DNA from: Thalia democratica
Taxonomy: Eukaryota
Length of the DNA: 64,000 nucleotides
Assembly (NCBI GenBank): GCA_965202585.1
Contig: OZ241826.1
Coordinates: 27,280,001-27,344,000 of the forward strand
Direction: 5' to 3'
In this document: piece by piece, positions 11,401 to 22,010 of the stretch
Layout of the letters: each line of letters opens with the position of its first letter
How positions within the stretch are numbered: the stretch's first letter is position 1
Position numbers and translations under genes: made by a program
Notes under the pieces: generated by a model
Databases searched by the model: none
What the model was told of the DNA's origin: nothing
The model's input: only the letters and a program-made list of their open reading frames with translations

Positions 11401-13714
11401 TATTGTAAGCATACAAAAGGTATTTTATTAAAAGCTTACAAAACTAAAGGCTAATGTTTACTATTGTAACAAAAATTTTATAAACCCCTTGCTGTTTTTT
11501 TCTAACTATATTCACATAATATTTATATGTTAAATTACCAAAAAAATCAGGATAAAATAGTTTTTAGTGCATGTTTTTTATTCTAAATACATAAGCAATT
11601 AAAAGTATCAATTTAGAATGTTTGTCAGTAATGAACCTGTAGTACGTAAAGCTAAGATATAATAATAATGTAACTCTTATTTAAATCCTTTGGTATCATA
11701 TTTAAAATAAAAGATATAAAATCTAAAAAAATAATGATTCTTAAAAAAATCAAATCATAAAAGCTAGTAAAAGATTTTGAAAATTCCAACTAAACTATTT
11801 TTTTTCAAAAACAAAAACAATTTCAAAACAAAACTAAATTAGCCTTATTTATCACTAAAGTTAAACAGTAATTTTTAATCTATAAAACACACACAATAAA
11901 CTTTCATCCAACACATTAAATAAAAAAATATTCCTTCAATGTTTTTTTTTATATTATCAAAGGAATAAATATTTAGTACATTAAGTTAGACATTAGTTTT
12001 GAAAATATTAGACTAGAAATTTCTTCAACAATACTACTTCGAACTTAGGAACACTTAAAATTTTTCACTTAACGCTTTGCCTCCGAGTACTTAGCTTAAA
12101 CTAAATAAACCATCTAACTAAACACACCACAATTACTAAGTATTTATTTGTTTTTTTTATACAGTTTATTAAACTCAGGCTGACTTAGCTTTGTTTTAAA
12201 ATAGCTTTTATATTTAAATAAAAATTGGTTTAAATTATATTTTTTTAAATTCTTATGATAGCTTTTATAATTTAAATATTTTTAAGAATTATTATTCTAT
12301 AAGATATGGAATCTTTTTTTTTAATCAATATGATATCAAAGGATTCAAATAAGAGCTACATTTACTATAAATCTTGGCTCTATTTACTGCAGTGTTAATT
12401 ATATTTAAAACTCAGGCTATTTTTGGGTTGACCAGCTGAATTTTTGCTTAAAAGAAAACTTTTTGGCAAACCTGCATAACTTGAAATTTTTGTATCATGA
12501 TAAATGAAGCTTTATTGTATAATTATAACTTCATTTATTAAGATGTTTTATAACGAAAACTATGACAACCTTATTATTCAAATTAATTAAAGTCCGTTCT
12601 ACCAAGCTTAATAAAATTAAAGCAATTTCTGACCCTGTTCTAAAAAAATTGCCTTAGTTTTTTAAGTAAGTATGAAATTCAGTCAGCAATTACCCTTGGA
12701 GTTTTACATCTGTGCTGTTAGTATTTTCTATAAATGAAAATAAAATTTAGAACATTAAGTTAAATGGTCATTTATTTAAATTATTTTAAAGAGCAGTAAA
12801 GGGGCTTCAAGGCCATAATTTATAACTTCTCTAGATAATTTGTATTTGATTATGAAGAAGAAAAAAAAGTCTTAGGCGACTTAAAAAGTAGTTTTGTAAC
12901 TTATACTAGGTGTTATGGAAAAAAAAATTTGGACTCGAAGGTCAAGATTTGAAATCTACGCTAGATACTATCAATGATGATGAAAAATAAGGTCTTAGGC
13001 ATTTCATTAACCCCAAGTTTAGGTAAATTACCTAAAGTTGGTGAAAAGTTTTAAGCTCTTAAAGTCAAAGTAGAACTGATAAATTTTTAGTCTAAAAAAA
13101 CAAACTTGAACTATCATAATTTAAGTTAAAAGAGTCAGAATTGAACTGACAAATTTTAATTCCACAAAGTTTTAATAGACAATACTTTATACTACTATAA
13201 TATTAAGTATTGTGATGTCGTAAATGACTAGTTGCTCCTACGGTTTTTGGTTCTATGCGTTCTTTGTTTTTATTTAGCTTTTATACTCTAAAAGGTTTTT
13301 TTTGATAAGGTCTAAAATAATTAAGTAAAAAAAAATAATTTTTTTCAATAAGCGAGCAAACTTAACTTTGTTTTTTTAAATCAGTAATACCCTAGTAAAA
13401 ACTTTATTCACCTTTAATTAAAAATAGACCTTTCTAAAAACAAAAAAAAAATTAGATGAAAACTTGAAATGAAGATTTTAATGTAGAACCATTTTAAAAT
13501 AAGCTTAATAATATTTTAAGTTTTTGCGACAAATACTTGCAAAAAACTTCAATTAATGTGAGCAATAAAAATATTAAAAGACTATAAAACTATATTGTTT
13601 TAATAACACTTCTTTTACTTAAACCATAAAAATACACTAATAAATTTTTCCATCATGGTTTTAGTCAACAATAAAGTTCAATTTTCAATCAGATCTCTAG
13701 AACAATCTCTAGAA

Positions 13715-14024
13715 CAGCGATTCTAAAACTGGGTAAAATATACCCCTTGGAGTAATTTCCCTTCTTTGAGTGTAAATTTTCTCTTTTTCATGTTATGAAA
13801 ATTACTGTTTATAAAATGTAATTTTAGCGTATTAGTAAGTTTTTAACTGGAAGTGTTTTAAAGTTAAATAAAAATTTTAGTTTGTATGATTTATGAAATT
13901 AAATAAGCTTATAGTTCAAATTTTTTTTCACATCATCATTAAAAATTATTTTGTAGTTTTGGGGTAAATTTTGTAATAACTTTCAAAAAAGCGGTTAAAA
14001 TTGAAAAAAGTTAAAGAACCGTTG
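13715..14024. mobile_element. 310-bp hAT (Charlie/Buster-like) MITE
   Basis: Ends CAGCGATTCT...AGAACCGTTG; exact 8-bp TSD CTCTAGAA (13707-13714, 14025-14032), matching the NTCTAGAN target preference of this group; absent from paralogous blocks. Confidence 0.8.
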
Positions 14025-15580
14025 CTCTAGAACTTATCAACCGTAATCAAATAATAAATGTAACTGGCGAGAGTCATTCAATATTATGCTTGATTACACA
14101 AATCCAAGTACATTCATTTTATTCAGCAAAATGTATATTCAATCTTTGAAGTATTAAATGCAAGTAAACTCAGCAGGTTCATTACAGACAAACATATGGA
14201 AATAATATTTTGAAATTTATTTGAAAATATTTAAAGAATTTGACCTAAAACCTTTTATTTCCTGCTTTTCTTAGTTATTAAACTTATAAGTAATATATAA
14301 ATATAGTTAAGGCCATACATGAAGGGGATTATAATATTTTTGTTACAATAGTAAACAATCGCCTTTAATTCAGACCTTTTGAGAGCATAAAATAGTTTTT
14401 TAAACAAATGGAATATTTTCTAACATTTTAGAATAATTATTCAAATAAAATTTCATAAAAACTTTCTTTAGATACTTTTGAAATAACAAAAATTATTTTT
14501 TTAGTTTGATAACTAAAACAATTAATCTAAAATTTATAGAAATATTTTTTGCAATGTATACAATTAACAAATTTAAGTTACCTTGAATTATATAAAATTA
14601 AGTGAAATCGCATTGTAAAATTATTCACTGGAGTTTGTATAATTCTAAGTAACTTAAATTTGTTTTTACATACATTGCAAAAAAGTTTCTATAAATTTTA
14701 GGTCAGTTGTTTAAGAAACCGAACTGAAATTGTTTTTCAGTATTGTTTTAAGTTATAACAAAAAATTTAATGAAAATTTATTTAAACCATTGTTTACAAA
14801 ATGTTAGAAAAAATATCCATTTCTTAAAAAAAAACTATTTAAGCTTACAAAAGGTCTATATAAAAGGCTAATGGTGTAAAATAAGGCAAAGTGCTCTAAA
14901 ACAAACAACTCTTTATAAAAATTGTACGAATTTTGCAGATCTGTTATAATATAAAGAGTTTAATACATCTTTTTTGTTACTAATGTTTTGAAAATTTTTG
15001 AACAATGTGATTTGTTTCTCAAAAAACATCTATTTTTGTTTTTTTTTAAAGTACAGGCCAATACTCAAAGTACTTAAAAATCTTTAAAAAAAGTTTAATT
15101 TTGCACAGCTGTTGTTTAAAATATAGTCTAATATACATTTCATTTTTATAGTCCTTACTAATTTAAAAAAATATTTTACAATCGTCTGAACTTACAAACG
15201 TTAAAAATTCATTATTTGTATAATTAAGTATACATTTGTTCTTATAGCTCTCACTAATTGTTTTAAAATTTTATGATCAACTAAGCTAAACCTTAAAAAC
15301 AAACTTTATATGTCCAGTAAAAAAAGGATTGTGTCTTGTAAACCAAACTTTATAGAAAATTTAAAAATTAAAAGTTTTTAAGAGCCATCAGATAATGCAG
15401 AATAATAACATTTTTTATTTAGTTTAAAGCGATAGCTTGGTGGCTATTCTACCTGGTTTCTAAAAAATTATTCAAAAAACATGGAGTTAGAATCATCTTT
15501 GTATATAAAAAAATTAAATTAAGTTATAAAGAAACTAACAAAAAAGCATTTCATTTCCAGTAATTCAAAAGGTTAGGTAG

Positions 15581-16459
15581 TATCTTTCGCACGTTGCTTG
15601 TGGTTGGTCTGATGGACCAGGTTGGCTACGGCGCGAAGAGTGTGGGTCAACACCCCTTTTGTTAATTCCTCTGTCTATGTTACGTTGGCTACAGCGAGTT
15701 TCGGGGTTGTTGACTTTGTCTAAAGTATGATGTATGTTCTCTTTAGAGAACATACTATCCTTTTTGGTGGGCTTGGATCTATTACTCATTGTGCTATACC
15801 AAGAGTTAGGTGTGGCCCACTAGTTTATTTTAAAATTAATTAAATTTGGTCTGTAAATTTCAGAGATTATTAAGAGCACCAACAGCAGCTTGCTACTTAA
15901 TTAATTATCCACAACAAAGCTTATTTATTCAATTTTATGTAACCAAATTACAGATAATTTCAATATAATTAACTATTAACACCAAAGTTTATTTATTTAA
16001 ATTTATGTAAAATCAAAAGTACAGATAATTTCAATATAATTAACTATTAACACCAAAGTTTATTTATTTAACTTTATGCAAAACCAAAAGTACAATTAAC
16101 TTCAATTTAATTTTATCAACAGCAGAGTTTATTTATTCAAATTTATGCAAACCAAAAGTACAATTAACTTCAATTTAATTTTATCAACAGTAGAGTTTAT
16201 TTATTCAAATTTATGCAAACCACAGTAAAATTAACTTCAATTTAACTTTATTAGAAATATCAATTTAAGAGACAGAACTAAAAAATAAGAGATTAATAAC
16301 AATACTCACAATTTAGCACATAGAAAGTTCAGCTTGAGCTGCCACAAATCTAATAATCTTAATCTAAGGCGGCAATTTAGAAAGTTAACAAATTAATAAA
16401 AAAACCCTAATTAGAGAAAACTCTTTTGCTGAATTTAATTTATAGCCAGAGGCGTTACA
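15581..16459 (-). repeat. 3' LTR (879 bp)
   Basis: Direct repeat of 20566-21444 with about nine substitutions seen by eye; begins TGTAACG on the minus strand directly after the PPT. Confidence 0.93.
15930..16260. repeat. Array of ~66-70-bp tandem units in the LTR (probable U3); also at ~20915-21245
   Basis: Repeating ...AAAGTTTATTTATT.AAATTTATG.AAA.CAAAAGTACA... units. Confidence 0.8.
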
Positions 16460-16471
16460 TTTTCCCCTCTT
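16460..16471 (-). other. Polypurine tract
   Basis: Minus strand AAGAGGGGAAAA directly abutting the 3' LTR TG. Confidence 0.85.
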
Positions 16472-17039
16472 ATTAAATATTTTTAGAATTTTAACTTAGG
16501 TTTTTTAGATAAACATTAGTTTTAAGGTGTTAAACGTTTGTTAAACTGAAAAAAACTTTAAATATAGTCAAGGTGAAAACCATTATACACTAGAGCACTC
16601 AACTTAGAGATGTATAAGCATGCAACATAAGTTTATAACTTTCTTTTTGTTATTTACATGTAATAATCAGAAATAATATTTTAAGAGATACTTATGATCA
16701 TCAACTTTATGTGCTTAAAGGTACTTGCATATAACAACATTTTTGAGCTAATTCAAAATCTGGATTTAAACACTCTACTAGCTATTTTTAAAGTAAAATT
16801 AAAACTATAAGTATTTAAATGTAGTAAATGCTTAAGACACTTTTTAAGTGTGGTAAAAATGCTTTTTTTAACAAAATAAAAAAGAAATTCTAAAGAAATT
16901 GTAAAGAAAAGACTTTTTTTTAAATATAAATTTACAAATTCCTAATTACAATCATGAGTCAAAAGTTTGTTTAAAATGTTTACCGTTCATGATGATGGTT
17001 CCTTACTCTTACACTGGAGGTTGAGGCTCGGCCTCTTCT

Positions 17040-17285
17040 TACTCGCCTTTTCCTCCTCTTCTCTGGTTGCTCCAGCTGCGGCCGCTCTTCTTGTAGTGGT
17101 TCTCCCGGAACTCTGGCGGGAAGTTTGGCTCCACTGACGTTCTTCTCCGCGAATTAATCGCTGGCGACCTGGCGTTGTTCACCATCGTCATCAAAGCCAA
17201 CGGATTCGAGGGTCTGCTTGACATCATCAGCCGACGGGTTGGCATTGCTCCCATGGCATCCGAAGGTGTGCTGCCATGTATGCAT
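17040..17285 (-). pseudogene. RPLP2: Decayed intronless copy of 60S acidic ribosomal protein P2 inside the LTR element
   Basis: Allowing three 1-nt deletions, it reads M(R)YMAAHL(L)DAMG(G)NANPSADDVKQTLESVGFDDDGEQ..., then KNV..GAKL.ARVPG and AAAAGATREEEEK. This follows the eukaryotic P2 pattern MRYVAAYLLAALGGN.SPSA.DIKKILDSVG...GKLASVP...AAEEKK. The C-terminal DDDMGFGLFD is absent. Confidence 0.75.
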
Positions 17286-17775
17286 TTCCAGACGAATCGA
17301 CATCGTCACTACAATTCTGCTGTACGTAGTGGCAGCTTGTTCTTATTAGAATGGTTCATTCTGAGGTCTCTGGGGTGTGGCAGTTCGACTTACCCCACCA
17401 AACTAGATGAGTGAAAGTTATTGAGCTATGATTTTTACAATTTGTTTGGCAAGCTTTCCAAGTGCTAAACAGGAGACAACCAAAACTCAATGCAATATAG
17501 AAAATTTTAGATTTTTATATAAAATATCACACAGTACCTATTTTAGCTAAGATAATTACAAAAAAAAAAAAACATGTCTATAAGATACCAATTTTTAATG
17601 GTTGTACAAATAAATATAAAATCAAAAATCCAATTAATTTTAAAATTAAAAAAATTCTTAAAGTTAAGTCATTTAACAGTAATATAAAAAATGCAAGCAG
17701 CTTCTAGGTGTTGTACAAAATAATCAGTGAAAATCAACTGTTGCTTATTTGAATAAGCCCTTAAGTAGTATTCAT

Positions 17776-19047
17776 CTAAAAAGTACCAAATATCTTTCTA
17801 TGCTTGTACAAAAAAACACCAGGTCTCCTGGCTTTTACCATGGCAGGCTTGTAATTATCCAATATTATCTCGAGCTCGTAGCTGTGTTTTGGCTTTGCGT
17901 GGTAGGTTGGCTTCCTGGTAATTTCAGGGAAGTCCATTAATAGTCTTTTGCATTTTTCTTCTAACGGAGTCGTATTCTTACCACCCAGATTAATGTGGTT
18001 GATTGAAGCGACTATAGGGGTGGGCAACTCAGCAGGTGCGAACAGTCTAGCTGATTCGTTTGACCCCATCTTGCATAGTTGAGAGGTAGATGGCAGGATA
18101 GCTAGTTCGTTCTTTCTTAACAGGTCCATGCCAATAATGCCAAAGTGGCGTGATTCTTGAATAACCCAGAACGAGTGGTTGATGGGTTCTAAATTCCCCA
18201 ATTGAAGTTCGACATCCGCGCTACCAATAGGGTGGGTTGTTTTGTTACCAAACCCTTGGATGGTTCTACTTTGTTTAGGAAAATATTTGTCTATACCGTT
18301 AGTCAATTCCTTCGGCAGGATTGAAATTTCTGATCCGCTGTCAACCAAAAAAATGACATTTGTGTTTGAATCCGCTACAAATATTAGGCCCTGAGGGAGG
18401 TTCTTCGGTTTGGGTGCAGGGAATTTATCTAGTTGAAATGTCCATTTTTTTACACTTTTATCTTTGTTGTGATTGGTAGTGTCGAGAGATTTTTGTTGTG
18501 ATTCTGGCTGCGGTTGCGCTGACCGTTGGGACTGCCCGTTGTGGTGCTGGCTAAGGTAGCTCGGATCGTTGGCGCTCGTCGTGGAGGTGCTGGCTTCAGT
18601 GGCGCTGACCGTTGACGCTGGCCCTGGTGATGCTGGCTGTGTTTGCGCAGACCGTTGGGACTGCCCATTGTGGAGCTGGCTAAGGTGGCTCAGATCGTTG
18701 GCGCTGGTCGTGGAGGTGCTGGCTTTGGCGGCGCTGACCGTTGACGCTGGCCCTGGTGATGCTGGCTGCGGTTGTTCAGAACTTTGGTTCTCATCAGGTG
18801 TTTCTGCTGCACTACGTGAGGCTGTTTGCTTTATATGAAAAATCATCTTTGGTTTGTTTGAAGGTGTGGACACTTCATTTCCTGGATGACTTATAGTGCA
18901 GTTTGAGGCATTTCTGGTTGGTCTCGGTTGAGATGGGGGTTGCTGTCGAGGGGCGGTTTTATTTACCAATTGGACAGCTTTTGTGTGAGATAGTGTAGCC
19001 CCAATCACTCTCCCTCTCACTGCAGAGAGTTTGAAATCTCGTTTTTT
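17776..19047 (-). pseudogene. Truncated pol: long S/T/P/Q-rich linker, aspartic protease, break just before RT
   Basis: -1 frame relative to gag; protease motifs FLVDSGSEISILP and GIIGMDLL; the frame passes into unrelated AT-rich sequence at ~17820 after KPAMVKARR; no YxDD, RNaseH or integrase motifs follow. Confidence 0.85.
18512..18770 (-). repeat. 129-bp (43-aa) tandem duplication in the pol linker
   Basis: QPASPGPASTVSA..ASTSTTSAND.S.LSQ.HNGQSQRSAQ occurs twice; GCCCTGGTGATGCTGGCTG at ~18621 and ~18750. Confidence 0.9.
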
Positions 19048-20774
19048 GAATGAGGCTGAGATATGGTTTGATGGCGCATACTACATCTCCTGTCAAAACA
19101 GGTACGGGTATTTACACCAAATCTCTGATGGTTTCTGCATATAATTTCATTTTTGTTAATGGCTGCCCATTGCTGTTGTGCTTGGGCTGGTCTGTTTTGA
19201 TTTGAGCGCGGGGCATTGCTATAGTTTATATTTCTAGCTCGTCCCTTTGCCTCTTGCTCATCTGTGTCGAGCATTACTTTCCAAGCCATTTGAAAGTCTT
19301 TGTCTTTCAGATGAAGCTTCTCCCGTAAACGATTTTTCAAACGAGGAGGTGCTAAGTGTATTGTGAGAAATTTTGTTAATACACCTTCATTTCTGAACTC
19401 AGCTAACCAATGATTAATCTCATCACCTAGTTCCCTACTTGACATGGAGTGCCTGTCAGTTCTTGCCAGTAGCACGTTGCTTACTCGCGCTTGCCCACTC
19501 ATTAGGAACTCTTTCAACGTGTCGTAGTTCCTATCTTCTGGTTTATATCTGTGATAGTAGCTCTCTCTCTCTTTCCAGGTCACTAATGTTTCAAGCAGCC
19601 TGTAAAGATCTTAATCCGATCGAATGTCATAATCGTTGGCGATCTTCTCAAAGTGTTTTAGCTTTATTTTTAACTGCTCTGTATCGCGCTTTAAGTATCC
19701 GATTTGACTGACAAGATCGCCCTTTTTCTGCATTAGTTTATACAGCTGGCTTGTTGTTGTGCGGGGCGTACTGCCACCTATGTCTACTGTGACGTCATAC
19801 CTACTATCTTCTGGCTGGGGTTGGCAGTTGTAAGACGGACTGCGAAAACATGGTTGGAAGTTTTCTTTCACACCTGACCCTCCTTGCTCTACTGAAGGTC
19901 CTCTATAGTTCGGAGGAGAGCGACTGGTCACCTGGCTCCTTGGTAGGTCTTGAGCCTTTGAGGTGTGTGAAACCTGGTGGGGAACCTGGATTTGAGGATC
20001 CATGTATGTATTCTGTCTACCCTGAGTTGAGATGTCGTGATTTGTCCTTGTGGATGGATTTGGACTTCTCAATTCATGTAATTCTTCTTGTAATTTTCGA
20101 AATTCCTCTTGAAGTTTAGCCTGTCGAATTTGTTCCTTCAAATCTTTGATCCCCTGTATTATCTCCTCGGCACTCAGTTCTTGAGGTGGCACTTGAATAG
20201 GGGGTCTCCTGTTGTTTTGGAGGGAATAGTCCATGTTTAAGTGGTTAGGTTGGAGTTGTTGTTGGAATGGCAAAGGTGAAGTTCTTGCTGGAGGAATGGA
20301 GCTGTTGCTAGGTGGTCCTGTCACCCTTGGTGGAGGCCCATAGTTGCTAGGTGTAGAATTTTGTTGGGGTGGGTAGCTTTGTCTTGGCAGACCACTTGGA
20401 TTAGGCTGGTCTCTAAGTTGTTGATAACTGCCCATTGCTGCCTGGGGCTCTTCCTCCTTTTGGTTATTTCCTGACTGATCCCCCCCTACGTTCATGTCAA
20501 TCTCGGCACTGATTTCTATACCCTGTGTATCAATTAAAGCGTGTTCACTCACGTCGTGGTCACCATATCTTTCGCACGCTGCTTGTGGTTGGTCTGATGG
20601 ACCAGGTTGGCTACGGCGCGAAGAGTGTGGGTCAACACCCCTTTTGTTAATTCCTCTGTCTATGTTACGTTGGCTACAGCGAGTTTCAGGGTTGTTGACT
20701 TTGTCTAAAGTATGATGTATGTTCTCTTTAGAGAACATACTATACTTTTTGGTGGGCTTGGGTCTATTACTCAT
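19017..20774 (-). pseudogene. gag (~585 codons) interrupted by a single in-frame TAA at 19611-19613
   Basis: ORFs 19611-20774 and 19017-19583 share a frame; C-terminal CRNHQRFGVNTRTCFDRRC = C-x2-H-x9-C-x4-C (CHCC type); slippery A_AAA_AAC at 19041-19047. Confidence 0.8.
20548..20565 (-). other. Primer-binding site complementary to tRNA-Trp 3' end
   Basis: Minus strand TGGTGACCACGACGTGAG immediately after the 5' LTR; plus strand TCACGTCGTGGTCACCA resembles the metazoan tRNA-Trp 3' end (…TCACGTCGGGGTCACCA). Confidence 0.85.
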
Positions 20775-21444
20775 TGTGCTATACCAAGAGTTAGGTGTGG
20801 CCCACTAGTTTATTTTAAAATTAATTAAATTTGGTTTGTAAATTTCAGAGATTATTAAGAGCACCAACAGCAGCTTGCTACTTAATTAATTATCCACAAC
20901 AAAGCTTATTTATTCAATTTTATGTAACCAAATTACAGATAATTTCAATATAATTAACTATTAACACCAAAGTTTATTTATTTAAATTTATGTAAAATCA
21001 AAAGTACAGATAATTTCAATATAATTAACTATTAACACCAAAGTTTATTTATTTAAATTTATGCAAAACCAAAAGTACAATTAACTTCAATTTAATTTTA
21101 TCAACAGCAGAGTTTATTTATTCAAATTTATGCAAACCAAAAGTACAATTAACTTCAATTTAATTTTATCAACAGCAGAGTTTATTTATTCAAATTTATG
21201 CAAACCACAGTAAAATTAACTTCAATTTAACTTTATTAGAAATATCAATTTAAGAGACAGAACTAAAAAATAAGAGATTAATAACAATACTCACAATTTA
21301 GCACATAGAAAGTTCAGCTTGAGCTGCCACAAATCTAATAATCTAAATCTAAGGCGGCAATTTAGAAAGTTAACAAATTAATAAAAAACCCCTAATTAGA
21401 GAAAACTCTTTTGCTGAATTTAATTTATAGCCAGAGGCGTTACA
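20566..21444 (-). repeat. 5' LTR (879 bp)
   Basis: Direct repeat of 15581-16459; bounded by the TSD and the PBS; candidate AATAAA at 20814-20809 (minus). Confidence 0.93.
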
Positions 21445-21639
21445 GTAGCATTTTACTTAAAATATACATAAAATATATATTTTTTTTTAAAGTTAAAAGA
21501 AAAAAAGAAATTCCTGAAGATAGTTTTTGACATTAAAAATTGAATAGATAAATCTTTATACTATTTACATCATAATATTTCGAGATAAATTTAGGTAAGG
21601 TAACAGAAAGAAAATAAATTGCATGTTTTTTAAGTTTAT

Positions 21640-22010
21640 TCAGGTTGACCCTTGTTTTTTGCAAAATTTTTAAGTTTTCCAAGTTTCTTTAAAATTTTTA
21701 AAAATACACCTTTTTGGGTCTATTTTTAGTTTAAAGATAGTTTCAATGTAAGAAATTGTGTCGAATAGTATAAAAACATTAAAAAGACACTGCAAAGCTA
21801 CTATAAATGTGTTTTTTTGTCAAAAAATTTCTAATGATGACCACAACTTTTAATCTATATGAAATATTTTTTGAGTCAAATCGAAATTATACTACTGAAC
21901 ATGGTAAAACTGTAATAACTCAAGGTTTTTTAGTGTTTTTTGTTCAAACTTCTAGATTTTCCAGGTTTTTTTTCAAAACTTCTAAAATTCCAGGTTTCCA
22001 GTTAAAGAAG
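21640..22010. repeat. Copy of the ~370-bp module inverted at 23261-23635; also at ~33602-33980, ~58910-59270 and partially ~49690-49890
   Basis: Anchors TTTTGGGTCTATTTTTAGTTTAAAG and TTTTTTGAGTCAAAT recur in these copies. Confidence 0.7.

Larger units (their letters stand above)
15581..21444 (-). mobile_element. Ty3/gypsy LTR retrotransposon, CsRn1/Boudicca/Kabuki-like, non-autonomous (no RT/RNaseH/IN)
   Basis: Two 879-bp LTRs; 4-bp TSD GTAG (15577-15580, 21445-21448); empty paralogous site at 29593-29596; tRNA-Trp PBS, PPT, CHCC-type Gag knuckle, protease FLVDSGSEISILP. Confidence 0.93.

Noticed and set aside
20500-20565. tRNA-Trp gene
   Set aside because: Only the 3' ~27 nt including CCA match; there is no 5' half or anticodon arm. 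It is a PBS.
20770-20790. TGGTATAG as the PBS, with shorter LTRs and a tandem second element at 15581-15790
   Set aside because: The GTAG TSD, the empty site at 29593-29596 and the tRNA-Trp match at 20548-20565 place the LTR boundary at 20566/15581; the motif is inside the LTR.
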